A DNA stretch of 32,000 nt. Origin: Nitrosospira multiformis ATCC 25196. GTDB taxonomy: Bacteria; Pseudomonadota; Gammaproteobacteria; Burkholderiales; Nitrosomonadaceae. Position 1 is the first letter of the stretch. Each line of letters opens with the position of its first letter. The stretch lies in the NCBI RefSeq assembly GCF_000196355.1, contig NC_007614.1, positions 1,620,001 through 1,652,000 of the forward strand, read 5' to 3'. Shown here piece after piece: positions 8,212 to 17,325 of this stretch. A program made the position numbers and the translations under genes. The notes below the pieces were generated by a model. That model ran no database searches and had not been told where the DNA came from. It was given only the letters and a program-made list of their open reading frames with translations.

Positions 8212-9024
8212 TCAAAGAACAGGGATATATTCCGCGATACCTTCAAGGTTCACAGCCTCGTACGTGAGCTGGGCTCCAGGGTGATCTACGACAAAGCCAC
8301 GGCTGTGAATCAGGATGCCCATTGTCTTGAAGTTCTGCCGCAACTCTTCTCCCAGCTCAACCGGCGGCAGAATCAGGGCGAAATCCATAGAAGGTTCATC
8401 CGCAGCCCCGGACCTGAAATTTACTGAGACAAGCGTTCCCGCTACTGTTTGCTGCTGAGTAATTTGCGACCCGCGAAATACGAAATGGCCTTCCGGGCCG
8501 GTATATTCGAGGGAGGCCTCTTGTGGCTTTTCTTTCGCACCCAACGGACCCGATGCTTGAGGAAAAAAAACGACGCGTTTTACACTTTCCTGATCAACAA
8601 ATGTAAAACGACTGGGATTTCTCTTCGGGTGCTGGGAATTGCTCAGTTTGGGATTTCTCTCCGGGCGTTCGGAATTGCCCAAGCCGGGATTTCTCTCCGA
8701 GTGTTCGGAATTGTCCAGCAGTGCCTTTTTTGAATCGCGTTTGACGTGTATCCGAACCCCCTTGGCACCGGGAGGCAAGGGGTCCCAGAGGTGAACGACA
8801 CCGATAGGTGTAATTGCGTGTGTGGCGGGTTCTTGAGGTGGATCAGCGACAAAATCAAAATCATAAATGCCGTCGGGCGGCGGCTGAATGAAGGCAAAAG
8901 GTTCTAACCGCGGATTTTTCCAACCCTCGCCAGGTATATTCCCCGAGGCGGTGATTCGCAATTTTGGTGGATGATTTTCCAGAACAAATAGGTCAACATC
9001 AAGAACTTCCAGAACTTTTTCCAT
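8212..9024 (-). CDS. hypothetical protein with an internal 3 x 12-aa tandem repeat
   Basis: 270-aa ORF with a GGGGGA SD about 8 nt upstream of ATG. N-terminal conserved-looking domain (VLENHPPKLRITASGNIPGEGWKNPRLEPF...PPPDGIYDFDFVADPP). Central repeat NSEHSERNPGLG / NSERPERNPKLS / NSQHPKRNPSRF. Confidence 0.65.
   Translation of the reverse strand: MEKVLEVLDVDLFVLENHPPKLRITASGNIPGEGWKNPRLEPFAFIQPPPDGIYDFDFVADPPQEPATHAITPIGVVHLWDPLPPGAKGVRIHVKRDSKKALLDNSEHSERNPGLGNSERPERNPKLSNSQHPKRNPSRFTFVDQESVKRVVFFPQASGPLGAKEKPQEASLEYTGPEGHFVFRGSQITQQQTVAGTLVSVNFRSGAADEPSMDFALILPPVELGEELRQNFKTMGILIHSRGFVVDHPGAQLTYEAVNLEGIAEYIPVL
8614..8721 (-). repeat. 3 x 36-bp in-frame tandem repeat inside CDS 8212..9024
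   Basis: The motif GGGATTTCTCT recurs at 8614, 8650 and 8686, an exact 36-nt period. The units are about 75-85% identical by eye. Confidence 0.9.
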
Positions 9025-9246
9025 TTTCGACTTCCCCCGTCATTTGAAATGAGTGGAGCGCTCTGCGGTAGCAATGCCTTGCGGTTTTGCCATTGCCCTT
9101 CTTTATAGCCGAGGAAAGTAAAATAACAACCACATTCACATTGTCTGTATAACCTTCCCAGAACAATGCACACCGGAAGGGCGGAGACCATACTCGAAGG
9201 GGAAAAAATGTTCTGCTTGCAGTGCCTGCAGCTTCCTGATCTCGGG

Positions 9247-10356
9247 TCACAACAGCCGGTTCCGAAACAGCCATGCGGCGAAAGGCAGCATAACAGCCGC
9301 CATGATCAGGAGCGGAATCAGGTCATAGCCGACCATCGACAAGTCAGCCCCCTCCAGATACACGCGCTGCATCAGGTCAATAGCAAAACGGAGGGGATTA
9401 GCCAGAGTAATAGTCTGAATAAATTCCGGCATGTTGCGCACTGGCGTCGCCAAGCCTGAAAGCATTATGAGCGGCATCACCAGCATGAAAGTATAGAGCA
9501 TGGCCTGCTGCATAGTGGTACAAACCGCTGAAATCGCCAGACCCAGCCCTACACTGGCAATGATGAACAATGCCAAACCGGTATAGAGTGTTACCAGCGA
9601 ACCGGCAAGCGGCACCTCGAACCAGTAGAGCGACACCAGGAGAACGATAGTGGATTGCAGCAGACCTATTGTAACGATTGGAATCACCTTGCCCGCCATG
9701 ATTTCCATGGGTGAAAACGGCGTCACCAGTAACTGATCGAACGTACCGTTCTCGCGCTCGCGGGCCACGGTGAGCGCAGCCAGCAACATTGTCTGTATCA
9801 TGCTGAGCGAGGCGATCAAGCCCGGCATCAGATTCCAGCGGGTTTCCAGATTGGGGTTGTACCAGGCGCGTGCCTCAACCTTAAGGGGCTGTCTCGCGTT
9901 GCCACCTAACGTCGCATTATAGGATTCGATGATTGAAGCGACATACCCCGCGGCAGAGCTGGCACTGTTGGAGTTGCGTGCATCGAGAATCAATTGTACC
10001 GGGGCAGGCTCGCCCGCATTCACTTGCTGCTCGAAGCGCGGCCCGATCTGTATCACCATCAGGGCCTGCTGCGAATCGATCACTCCCGCGATATCCCGCT
10101 GTGTTTGCAAGGTTGCGACCCGCTTGAAAACACCGGTTCCATCCAGACGCGCTATCAATTCAACGGAGGTAGCACCGCGGCTCTGATCAAGCAAGGCATA
10201 GGGCACGTTGATGAGATCAAAAGTGGCAGCGTAGCCGAATAAAAAGCTTTCCACCAGCGACGGGACGACAAGAATGACCCGATTGGCCGGATCTTTCAGG
10301 ATTGCCAGAAACTCCTTGCGACACAGGCTGATAATGCGGCGCGCGAGGTCAAGCAT
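9247..10356 (-). CDS. ABC-2 type transporter permease (YbhR/YhhJ-like)
   Basis: N-terminal RKEFLAILKDP motif, large periplasmic loop and a C-terminal cluster of TM helices. Likely ATG at 10356, 4 nt after the upstream gene's stop; the longer ORF to 10434 overlaps that gene. Confidence 0.85.
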   Translation of the reverse strand: MLDLARRIISLCRKEFLAILKDPANRVILVVPSLVESFLFGYAATFDLINVPYALLDQSRGATSVELIARLDGTGVFKRVATLQTQRDIAGVIDSQQALMVIQIGPRFEQQVNAGEPAPVQLILDARNSNSASSAAGYVASIIESYNATLGGNARQPLKVEARAWYNPNLETRWNLMPGLIASLSMIQTMLLAALTVARERENGTFDQLLVTPFSPMEIMAGKVIPIVTIGLLQSTIVLLVSLYWFEVPLAGSLVTLYTGLALFIIASVGLGLAISAVCTTMQQAMLYTFMLVMPLIMLSGLATPVRNMPEFIQTITLANPLRFAIDLMQRVYLEGADLSMVGYDLIPLLIMAAVMLPFAAWLFRNRLL

Positions 10357-10360
10357 GAGG

Positions 10361-11524
10361 TCAATCCAGTTTCTTGCGGGTGACGAAGCGCGCAAGACCC
10401 AGCAACAGCACTGCATAGCTTGTGAGAATCGCATAATTCTCTATTATCACCGGCCATACATTGCCGGCGAGATACAGCGTCCGGATCAATTCCATGAAAT
10501 AAGTGGCCGGTAGAATCTTTCCAACCAGCTGAATGACAACAGGCACGTTGCGCAAGTCAAAAAGAAAGCCGGAAAGCATGAGGGCGGGCATGAAGCTGGT
10601 AATAATTGCGATTTGACTGGCAGTGAACTGGTTTTTGGTAATGGACGAGATGACCAGGCCGAAACCCAGCGCCACCAATAGATAGAGCATCGAGCCGCCC
10701 AGCAGGATTAGCAGGGAGCCGCGCATGGGCACCTCGAACAGAAAATGCGCTGCGGCCAGGCATAACCCGAGACCCGCCATGCCAACCAGAAAATAGGGGA
10801 CAATTTTCGCCAGCAGGATTTCCGTGGGGCGCACGGGCGAGACGAACAATGCTTCCAGCGTACCGCGTTCCCACTCGCGCGCCATCACCATCGCGGTGAG
10901 AAAGGCCCCGATGAGGGTCATGATCAGAACGATCAAGCCTGGCACCAGATACCATGTACTGGAGTTGGCGGAGTTGAACCACAAGCGTTCCACCAGCGTG
11001 ATTCTACCCTCGGCCGGGACCGATGAAGCCGCTTTTCGGTCAGCCTGCCGCAACGTCCACTGGCCAACAATACTGTTGATGTAGCTTCGAATGATTGTTG
11101 CGCGAGTGGAATCTGTTCCATAGGCCAGAAACTGGACTTGTGCTTCGCCTTCTCCCAATCGTCGGGAAAAATCGCTTGGTATCCGGAAGATCCCCTCTAT
11201 TTCTCGCGCCAGCATCAAACGCTCTGCCTCCTGCATGGATGGAACTCTTACAGGTGAAATATACGGAGAAAGTTCCAGGCCTGAGACAACGTCCACCGCA
11301 GTGGGGGAGGCATCTTCCAGTACGATTGCAACGGGCGCATTCCTGACATCGAGGGACAAGCCGTAACCGAAAATGAGGATCAATATAATGGGGAGACCAA
11401 TTCCAACCGCGAGATTGCTTTTGTCTCGCAACAGTTGGCGTATTTCCTTTCGAATCAGGGAAATGAGACGTAGTTGAAAGCCGAGATAATTCCGTTGACC
11501 TGATTGGCTGTTTTTTCCCCTCAT
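10361..11524 (-). CDS. ABC-2 type transporter permease (YbhS-like)
   Basis: RKEIRQLLRDKSNL motif with the same ABC-2 topology. The start overlaps the ATPase stop (ATGA). Confidence 0.85.
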   Translation of the reverse strand: MRGKNSQSGQRNYLGFQLRLISLIRKEIRQLLRDKSNLAVGIGLPIILILIFGYGLSLDVRNAPVAIVLEDASPTAVDVVSGLELSPYISPVRVPSMQEAERLMLAREIEGIFRIPSDFSRRLGEGEAQVQFLAYGTDSTRATIIRSYINSIVGQWTLRQADRKAASSVPAEGRITLVERLWFNSANSSTWYLVPGLIVLIMTLIGAFLTAMVMAREWERGTLEALFVSPVRPTEILLAKIVPYFLVGMAGLGLCLAAAHFLFEVPMRGSLLILLGGSMLYLLVALGFGLVISSITKNQFTASQIAIITSFMPALMLSGFLFDLRNVPVVIQLVGKILPATYFMELIRTLYLAGNVWPVIIENYAILTSYAVLLLGLARFVTRKKLD

Positions 11525-13335
11525 AAGCTCAACGCTCTTTCAGCCGATTTATCTCGTTCCCGCTCGCGGGCGACGATACGAATGAATGCCTCTTCCATTG
11601 TCAGCGTAGCATCCTTCCCCCCGGCTTGCCCGCGAATCTCGTATGGCGTTCCCATGGCCACTAACCTGCCATTGTCCTGGATTACGATACGATCGCAATA
11701 TTCCGCCTCCTCCATGAAATGGGTCGTAATGATGATCGTGGTGCCCATTTCCGATAATGCAGTAATGCGACGCCAGAACTCTCGCCGCCTCAGTGGATCG
11801 ATTCCGCTGGTGGGTTCGTCCAGGAACAGGATTTCAGGCTCGTGCAGCAGGCCAACCGCCATCGCAAGCCGCTGGCGGAAACCACCGGGTAATACACCGC
11901 TGGGAGATTGCTCTCTCCCTGCAAGATCAAATAGCCGGGTGACGGTCTGAATACGCTTGCGTAGCCGTTCGCCGGAAAGGCTGTAGGCGCCGCCGAAAAA
12001 CTCCAGGTTTTCCTGCACAGTCAAATCCCCGTAAAGGGCGAATTTCTGCGCAACATAGCCTATCCTTCGGCGTGCGGGAGCACGCGCATGCCGCAGGTCG
12101 ACCCCCGTCACCCGGAGAAAACCACTGGTTGCGGGGAGAAGGCCGCACAGCATGCGAAAGGTCGTGGTCTTGCCTGCTCCATTCGGCCCTAGCAACCCGA
12201 AGATCTCACCGCGCTGCACCGAGAAGGACACGTGATCGACAGCGATAAAATCCCCGAATTTTCGTACCAGATCACGTACCTCGATGATCTTTTCATCCGA
12301 CTGGCGATTTTCTTCCGAGGTAGGTGCAGACGGTGCCGACCTCTCGAACGGGAGAGTATCTGGCGGAGTCATTTGGTACTGTTCACGCAGCAGTACCATA
12401 AACCCATCTTCAAGACGCGCCTCCACCGGGATGGCTTCAATACCGCTCAGCAACGCATCGATATCCTGCTGCCGTGCATGAGGGTGACGGATAAAACGTA
12501 CTGCCCCGCTTTGAGGCACGGCATCTATGATGTTTCTGGAATCATCCAGCAGTTGTGCTTGTAGAACTCGCGAAGGCTGACCTTGGGTGGGGGTGGCGAC
12601 AAAGCAAAGGCCGCGCGCATGCTGCCGTATTTCGTCAGGCGGGCCTTCAGCAAGCAGTTTGCCCTCCTCCAGCACATGAATCCTGGCGCAACGCTCGGCT
12701 TCATCGAGGTAGGCCGTGGTAATCACCACGGTCAGTTGCTCCTCATCGATCAATTGCCCGATGATCTCCCACAACTCTCGTCGCGACAACGGATCGACAC
12801 CCACTGTTGGCTCATCGAGCAGCAGCAGTTCGGGAGAACGCACGAGAGTACAGGCCAAACCCAGCTTCTGTTTCATGCCTCCTGACAGTTTTCCCGCCGG
12901 GCGCTGTGTGAAGCGGATGAGATCGGTCATTTCCAGCAGTCGACGATAGCGTTGTCCGCGTACCTCCTGCGGCACCCCATGCAGATCTGCATAAAGATCG
13001 AGATTCTCCTGCACGCTCAAATCCTCATACAGGCCGAAGCGCTGCGGCATATAACTTATGCGGTCCTGCACTCTTTGCGGGTCCGTTACGACATTCACGT
13101 CCAATACCTGGAGGTGTCCGTCATCCGGCTTTATCAAACCTGCGAACATACGCAAGAGAGTAGTCTTGCCCGCCCCATCCGGACCAACCAGCGCAGTAAG
13201 CGAACCCGCAGGCACTTCCATGGAAACGCCTGCGACAGCCTGCGTTATCTGACTGGTTTTTTTGACCAGAAAGCGTTTGTAAATACCGGTTGCCGCCAGC
13301 GCAAGCTGCATTTGTTCCATCAATGCTTCACTCAA
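11521..13335 (-). CDS. ABC transporter ATP-binding protein with duplicated ATPase domains (YbhF-like)
   Basis: Two complete ABC cassettes. First: GPDGAGKTT / LSGGMKQKL / LLLLDEPT. Second: GPNGAGKTT / LPGGFRQRL / ILFLDEPT. Start is TTG at 13335 (overlapping the HlyD stop) or ATG at 13320. Confidence 0.9.
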   Translation of the reverse strand: MSEALMEQMQLALAATGIYKRFLVKKTSQITQAVAGVSMEVPAGSLTALVGPDGAGKTTLLRMFAGLIKPDDGHLQVLDVNVVTDPQRVQDRISYMPQRFGLYEDLSVQENLDLYADLHGVPQEVRGQRYRRLLEMTDLIRFTQRPAGKLSGGMKQKLGLACTLVRSPELLLLDEPTVGVDPLSRRELWEIIGQLIDEEQLTVVITTAYLDEAERCARIHVLEEGKLLAEGPPDEIRQHARGLCFVATPTQGQPSRVLQAQLLDDSRNIIDAVPQSGAVRFIRHPHARQQDIDALLSGIEAIPVEARLEDGFMVLLREQYQMTPPDTLPFERSAPSAPTSEENRQSDEKIIEVRDLVRKFGDFIAVDHVSFSVQRGEIFGLLGPNGAGKTTTFRMLCGLLPATSGFLRVTGVDLRHARAPARRRIGYVAQKFALYGDLTVQENLEFFGGAYSLSGERLRKRIQTVTRLFDLAGREQSPSGVLPGGFRQRLAMAVGLLHEPEILFLDEPTSGIDPLRRREFWRRITALSEMGTTIIITTHFMEEAEYCDRIVIQDNGRLVAMGTPYEIRGQAGGKDATLTMEEAFIRIVARERERDKSAERALSL

Positions 13336-14411
13336 TGCTTCACTTCGCTGGAATTTCCATTATTTCTGAGAGCGATATGCACGGTGGCGGGCATACCCAG
13401 ACGCAGCCTGTCCTCCGCGTCTTCCACATACACCCGTATCTCATAGACAAGGCTGGTGCGCAGCTCCTCGGTTTGTACAGGCTTTGGGGTGAACTCGGCA
13501 GCCGACGAGATATAGCCAATACGACCATGAATGGACTCCTCCGGATGACTGTCGGTAACAACCTCTGCCCTCATGCCAAGCTTGATTCGGCCTAGATCGA
13601 TCTCGGATACGTAGGCTCGGACCCATTTTGGATCGGTTATGGCCAGCGCATAAACCGGACGTTGTGGCGAAGCCATGTCTCCCGGTTCGAGAAGACGTGA
13701 GCGTATGACAGCATCAATAGGGGATTTCAATTCGGCCAAATCAAGCTGGTGCCGCAGCAAGGCCAGCTCAGCACGAAAAACGTTCAACTGCGCCTCCGCC
13801 TGCGCAATATCTTCCTTGCGCGGCCCGATCAATGCCAGTTGCAGTGCCTTTTTACGATTTTCGAGTTGCGCTACGGCCACCCGACGGCGAGACCTGGCAT
13901 TGTCGAGATCCTGCTGGCTGACGGCCGCCCCCGAGTCACTTTCAATCTCCATCAAGCGGCCGAGAAACTGCCGGGCGAGATCGGCATCGGCCTGAGCGGA
14001 AGCAACTTCGGCTTTGGCCTGTGCTATTTCCTCGGGACGGGTACCGTTCTCAAGCCGTAACAGAGCTTGCTCCTGGGCGGCAACCTGGGCTTCGGCTTGC
14101 GCAATTTGCAACGTGAGAATGCGGGTATCCAGCTTTGCCAGAACTTGTCCGGCCCTGACCCGGTCTCCTTCCTCCACTCGCATTTCAGCGATCCGATCGT
14201 TTCCGTTGAAGGCGAGAGAAACCTGGCGGATATCCACATTGCCAAAGAGAGTCAGGAACTCGCCATTGCTTTTCTTATGGGTAAAAAACCAGCTTACCGT
14301 TCCCACCGAAATCAGAGCAAGTCCTATTGCTATTCCTATAAGGACGAGTTTTTTATTCACCGATGATGTCAGATGCGGTTGCGCTGCTTTATTTGAGACG
14401 GATGGCCGCAT
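13332..14411 (-). CDS. HlyD-family membrane fusion / secretion protein (YbhG-like)
   Basis: N-terminal TM anchor (KKLVLIGIAIGLALISV), long coiled-coil hairpin (AQAEAQVAAQEQAL...; AQAEAQLNVFRAEL) and a C-terminal beta-barrel domain. Start uncertain: ATG 14411, GTG 14360, or ORF open to 14525. Confidence 0.85.
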   Translation of the reverse strand: MRPSVSNKAAQPHLTSSVNKKLVLIGIAIGLALISVGTVSWFFTHKKSNGEFLTLFGNVDIRQVSLAFNGNDRIAEMRVEEGDRVRAGQVLAKLDTRILTLQIAQAEAQVAAQEQALLRLENGTRPEEIAQAKAEVASAQADADLARQFLGRLMEIESDSGAAVSQQDLDNARSRRRVAVAQLENRKKALQLALIGPRKEDIAQAEAQLNVFRAELALLRHQLDLAELKSPIDAVIRSRLLEPGDMASPQRPVYALAITDPKWVRAYVSEIDLGRIKLGMRAEVVTDSHPEESIHGRIGYISSAAEFTPKPVQTEELRTSLVYEIRVYVEDAEDRLRLGMPATVHIALRNNGNSSEVKH

Positions 14412-14838
14412 GGAACCGCCAGGCACTTTGCGAATCAGTACCACTAACGACAGCCTCGGTCGCATCTTCCAGTGCAACGATTGTGGAAGGAATTGACGCT
14501 GCGTTGCCTGAATAAACCGCGCCACTCTGAAAGACCGGTGGGGATGCCAGATCGAGCGCCTGCTTCAGGGCGTTGATATGCTTTACTGCTGCTTTTGCCT
14601 CCTTGACGCTCATTCGCAGTCGTTTCATCGCATGCTGGCCATCTACCAATACCAACCCCATCGCACTGGTGTAAAGACTGGAGACGGTATTCAGAAGTAA
14701 AATCCCCTGACTATCGGGCTCATCCCACTCTGCCTTGTTCAAGCTGCCCCGATGCTGGCGCCAGTCGCCAAGCGCAATTGCTGCATCCCGGAACTGGTTG
14801 CCCAATTCGAAAGCATCATCGGATGAAAGCTCGTCCAT
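14389..14838 (-). CDS. hypothetical protein (149 aa), first ORF of the exporter operon
   Basis: ATG with a purine-rich SD-like stretch (AAGAAAGAGAG). Helical-looking sequence. Its end abuts or overlaps the HlyD gene start. No family recognised. Confidence 0.5.
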   Translation of the reverse strand: MDELSSDDAFELGNQFRDAAIALGDWRQHRGSLNKAEWDEPDSQGILLLNTVSSLYTSAMGLVLVDGQHAMKRLRMSVKEAKAAVKHINALKQALDLASPPVFQSGAVYSGNAASIPSTIVALEDATEAVVSGTDSQSAWRFHAAIRLK

Positions 14839-14946
14839 GCGTTTACTCTCTTTCTTCGTCAGCCTCTTTTAATGCGAAATATCGAGCAAACCCTGGACAG
14901 CACATAATATGCGTTTTTCGCCATCTTCCTCCAGTAGTCGATACTC

Positions 14947-16146
14947 ATGAAAATAATTCTTCTTGCTGCCTTTGTCGTTCTGGAAATAGGCTTTGCCCCG
15001 CCCCTTCGCGCCGCCGAATCAGCAGGTTTTGCTCTCAATTATATTGGCCAGCAAATCGTACCCAACAAGACAAGATTCAAAGGGACAACGGTCGGGGGGT
15101 TGTCATCTCTGGACTATAGCGCAAGCACTGACCGTTACCTATCCATCAGCGACGATCGCAGCAGAACCAATCCAGCCCGGTTTTATGAATTGTCTCTGGA
15201 TCTCGCCAAATTCCAGTGCTCGGCCAAGCCGGGTATGGCAGGCGTGACCTTTCAGGCTGTAACCACGATCCAGCAAGCCGGTGGAGGGGCATTCGAAAAA
15301 AACTCCGTGGATCCGGAAGGTCTCCGTTTTGACGGCAGCCGCAACAAGATTTATTGGAGTGAGGAAGGCCGCCGGGAGATATCGGGTTTTCGAAGCCCTG
15401 CGGTGCGGGAAATGAATGCTGATGGCAGACATTCCCGCGATTTCGTTGTTCCTATTTACTACTCTCCCAGTGGCTCCCGTCTTTGGACATTTACCGGCAG
15501 TAAGGGTGTTTACGACAATTTGGGATTTGAGAGTCTGACACTCTCCACCGACGGTACAACCCTGTATACCGCCACCGAAAACGGCCTGGTTCAGGATTCT
15601 CCCCCTGCCAATGCCTATAGAGGCTCACGCGCACGTATTCTTGCCTTCGACATTGCCACCGGGAAATCAGTCGCGGAATATGCTTACGATGTTGAACCTG
15701 TTACATCCGTACCATCCTTGCTCGGCGGTTTCACCATCATCGGCGTGAGCGACTTCCTCGCCATCGGCGACCGCCAATTCATCACTATAGAGCGCGCGTT
15801 ATCCCCCGGCACGATCACGCCTGGCCGTATTAACACCGGATATACCGTCCGGCTTTATTACGCAGATGCAAGGGACGCCACCAACATTTCCGGAATGGAA
15901 TCAATCGCGGACAAGAACATCTCTCCGGTAAGAAAAATTCTCCTGCTTGATATGTCAGACCTGAAAAATGCGGATGGCTCGGCTCTGGCTATTGGTAACA
16001 TAGAAGGCATCACCTTTGGTCCCGAATTCAGGGGCAAACGCACTATCTTGCTGGTGGCTGACAACAATTTCTCCAGAATGCAATTCACCCAATTTGTCGC
16101 ATTGGAAATTGCCTCTGAATCGGAGCTAGTGGAGCGGTTACAATAA
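14947..16146 (+). CDS. secreted esterase-like activity of phytase family protein
   Basis: Signal peptide (MKIILLAAFVVLEIGFAPPLRAAES). Hallmark GGLSSLDYSASTDRYLSISDD...RFYEL motif, with beta-propeller-like repeats. Confidence 0.8.
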   Translation: MKIILLAAFVVLEIGFAPPLRAAESAGFALNYIGQQIVPNKTRFKGTTVGGLSSLDYSASTDRYLSISDDRSRTNPARFYELSLDLAKFQCSAKPGMAGVTFQAVTTIQQAGGGAFEKNSVDPEGLRFDGSRNKIYWSEEGRREISGFRSPAVREMNADGRHSRDFVVPIYYSPSGSRLWTFTGSKGVYDNLGFESLTLSTDGTTLYTATENGLVQDSPPANAYRGSRARILAFDIATGKSVAEYAYDVEPVTSVPSLLGGFTIIGVSDFLAIGDRQFITIERALSPGTITPGRINTGYTVRLYYADARDATNISGMESIADKNISPVRKILLLDMSDLKNADGSALAIGNIEGITFGPEFRGKRTILLVADNNFSRMQFTQFVALEIASESELVERLQ

Positions 16147-16166
16147 AATGATGAAAAGCGTACCGC

Positions 16167-16979
16167 TCATTGGATTTTTTCTTGAGCTTTGGTATCGATT
16201 ACCCCTGGTATATCCTTCGTCGGCCGAGCAAACCGGCCTTTAAGGTCATCAACCCCAGACTGGGGTTTGGCAAGTTGCTTTAAATCTGCACGCTGCCTGC
16301 GCTTTTCCTCACTGTCTATTTTCATATTCTTGTCCCGCTTTTCGACCAATCCAGGTACTGCTTCTCCTTCATGATTAAAAGACCAGCCGAGCATCGGCTG
16401 ACCGAGGGGTAGCGCGTCGCCCAGCTTACCTTCGTAGCCCGTGTTCCAGACATGCCAGGTCTTGCCATAGCTGTTCATCTTCCCTTTCATCAACTCTTTT
16501 TCCGCAATGTCGGGAATGTTGGGGGCTACAAGCTGCCCCGAAAGAATTTCGCCGTTATGCGGATGCCAGTACTTTTTTTCCTCTTCGGGCAGCGTGTTGA
16601 AAAGCTTTGCCGAGATAATGAATTCGATGCCATTCAGGTTTGCATCCTCCGTGTTCCCATCGAACAGCGTACACTGCGCAAAATCCTCGTTTACCTGGTG
16701 ACAATAGTGATGAGCCTCCATCTGATCTTCCGGAGAATCCTTCATTGGATGGAAACCAACCAGATAAATGCCAAACGGTTTCAAGGGAGAACCGCTCTGC
16801 AACAGCTTGGCGCCTGCTTCCAGAATTTTCGTTTTGGGCGTTTTTGCCTCACCCCCGGGGTTGGCATGAGGTCCAGAGGACTCCTGTGCGAACGCCTCTT
16901 TTGCAGAGCCAAGCATTCCGCTGCTTGTCAGTAAAGCAAAACACGAAATAATTAAAAAATTTCCGCTCAATCTCTTCAT
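16167..16979 (-). CDS. DUF1264 / OBAP (oil-body-associated protein-like) family protein, secreted
   Basis: Signal peptide. Motifs HHYCHQVNEDFAQC, GIEFIISAKLFNTLPEEEKKYWHPHNGEILSG and TWHVW are characteristic of DUF1264. Confidence 0.8.
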   Translation of the reverse strand: MKRLSGNFLIISCFALLTSSGMLGSAKEAFAQESSGPHANPGGEAKTPKTKILEAGAKLLQSGSPLKPFGIYLVGFHPMKDSPEDQMEAHHYCHQVNEDFAQCTLFDGNTEDANLNGIEFIISAKLFNTLPEEEKKYWHPHNGEILSGQLVAPNIPDIAEKELMKGKMNSYGKTWHVWNTGYEGKLGDALPLGQPMLGWSFNHEGEAVPGLVEKRDKNMKIDSEEKRRQRADLKQLAKPQSGVDDLKGRFARPTKDIPGVIDTKAQEKIQ

Positions 16980-17325
16980 ACCGTCCCTTTCGAATATATT
17001 TATTCAGGAATATTGCATGCTTCCTCACACTCGTCCGTACGGTGGCACACAGGAATGAACCATAGCAATATGCTGAACGCTAATGAACTTCTTCAAGGGT
17101 TCCCAAGGAAATAGCGTAGAAATAGCAGTTATTCGCTTCCCATCATAATGCTTGCTGAATAGAGCGATTCAGCTGGTTTCATAGCTCGATCCGCGAATTC
17201 TTGCCCTACTTTCATGAATGAGCTGTTCTCAGTGCATTCCTTCATGTTCCAGCCTTGCATGCAGCCTGTATTTCCATAAACACTCCATGCCACCGCTGCC
17301 TGGGCCGCCTCTTCCCCCGTCTATC

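Noticed and set aside
8614-8721. 36-bp repeats as a possible CRISPR array
   Set aside because: The repeats are directly contiguous with no spacers. There are only three units, they are degenerate, and they lie in-frame inside a 270-aa ORF. No cas genes are nearby.
13321-13344. Perfect 12-bp tandem duplication CAATGCTTCACT x2 at the HlyD/ABC-ATPase junction
   Set aside because: It is real in the sequence: one copy encodes the HlyD C-terminus, and the other the TTG-initiated SEAL N-terminus of the ATPase. It is most simply a small slippage duplication that created or shifted the gene overlap. I saw no evidence for a regulatory role.
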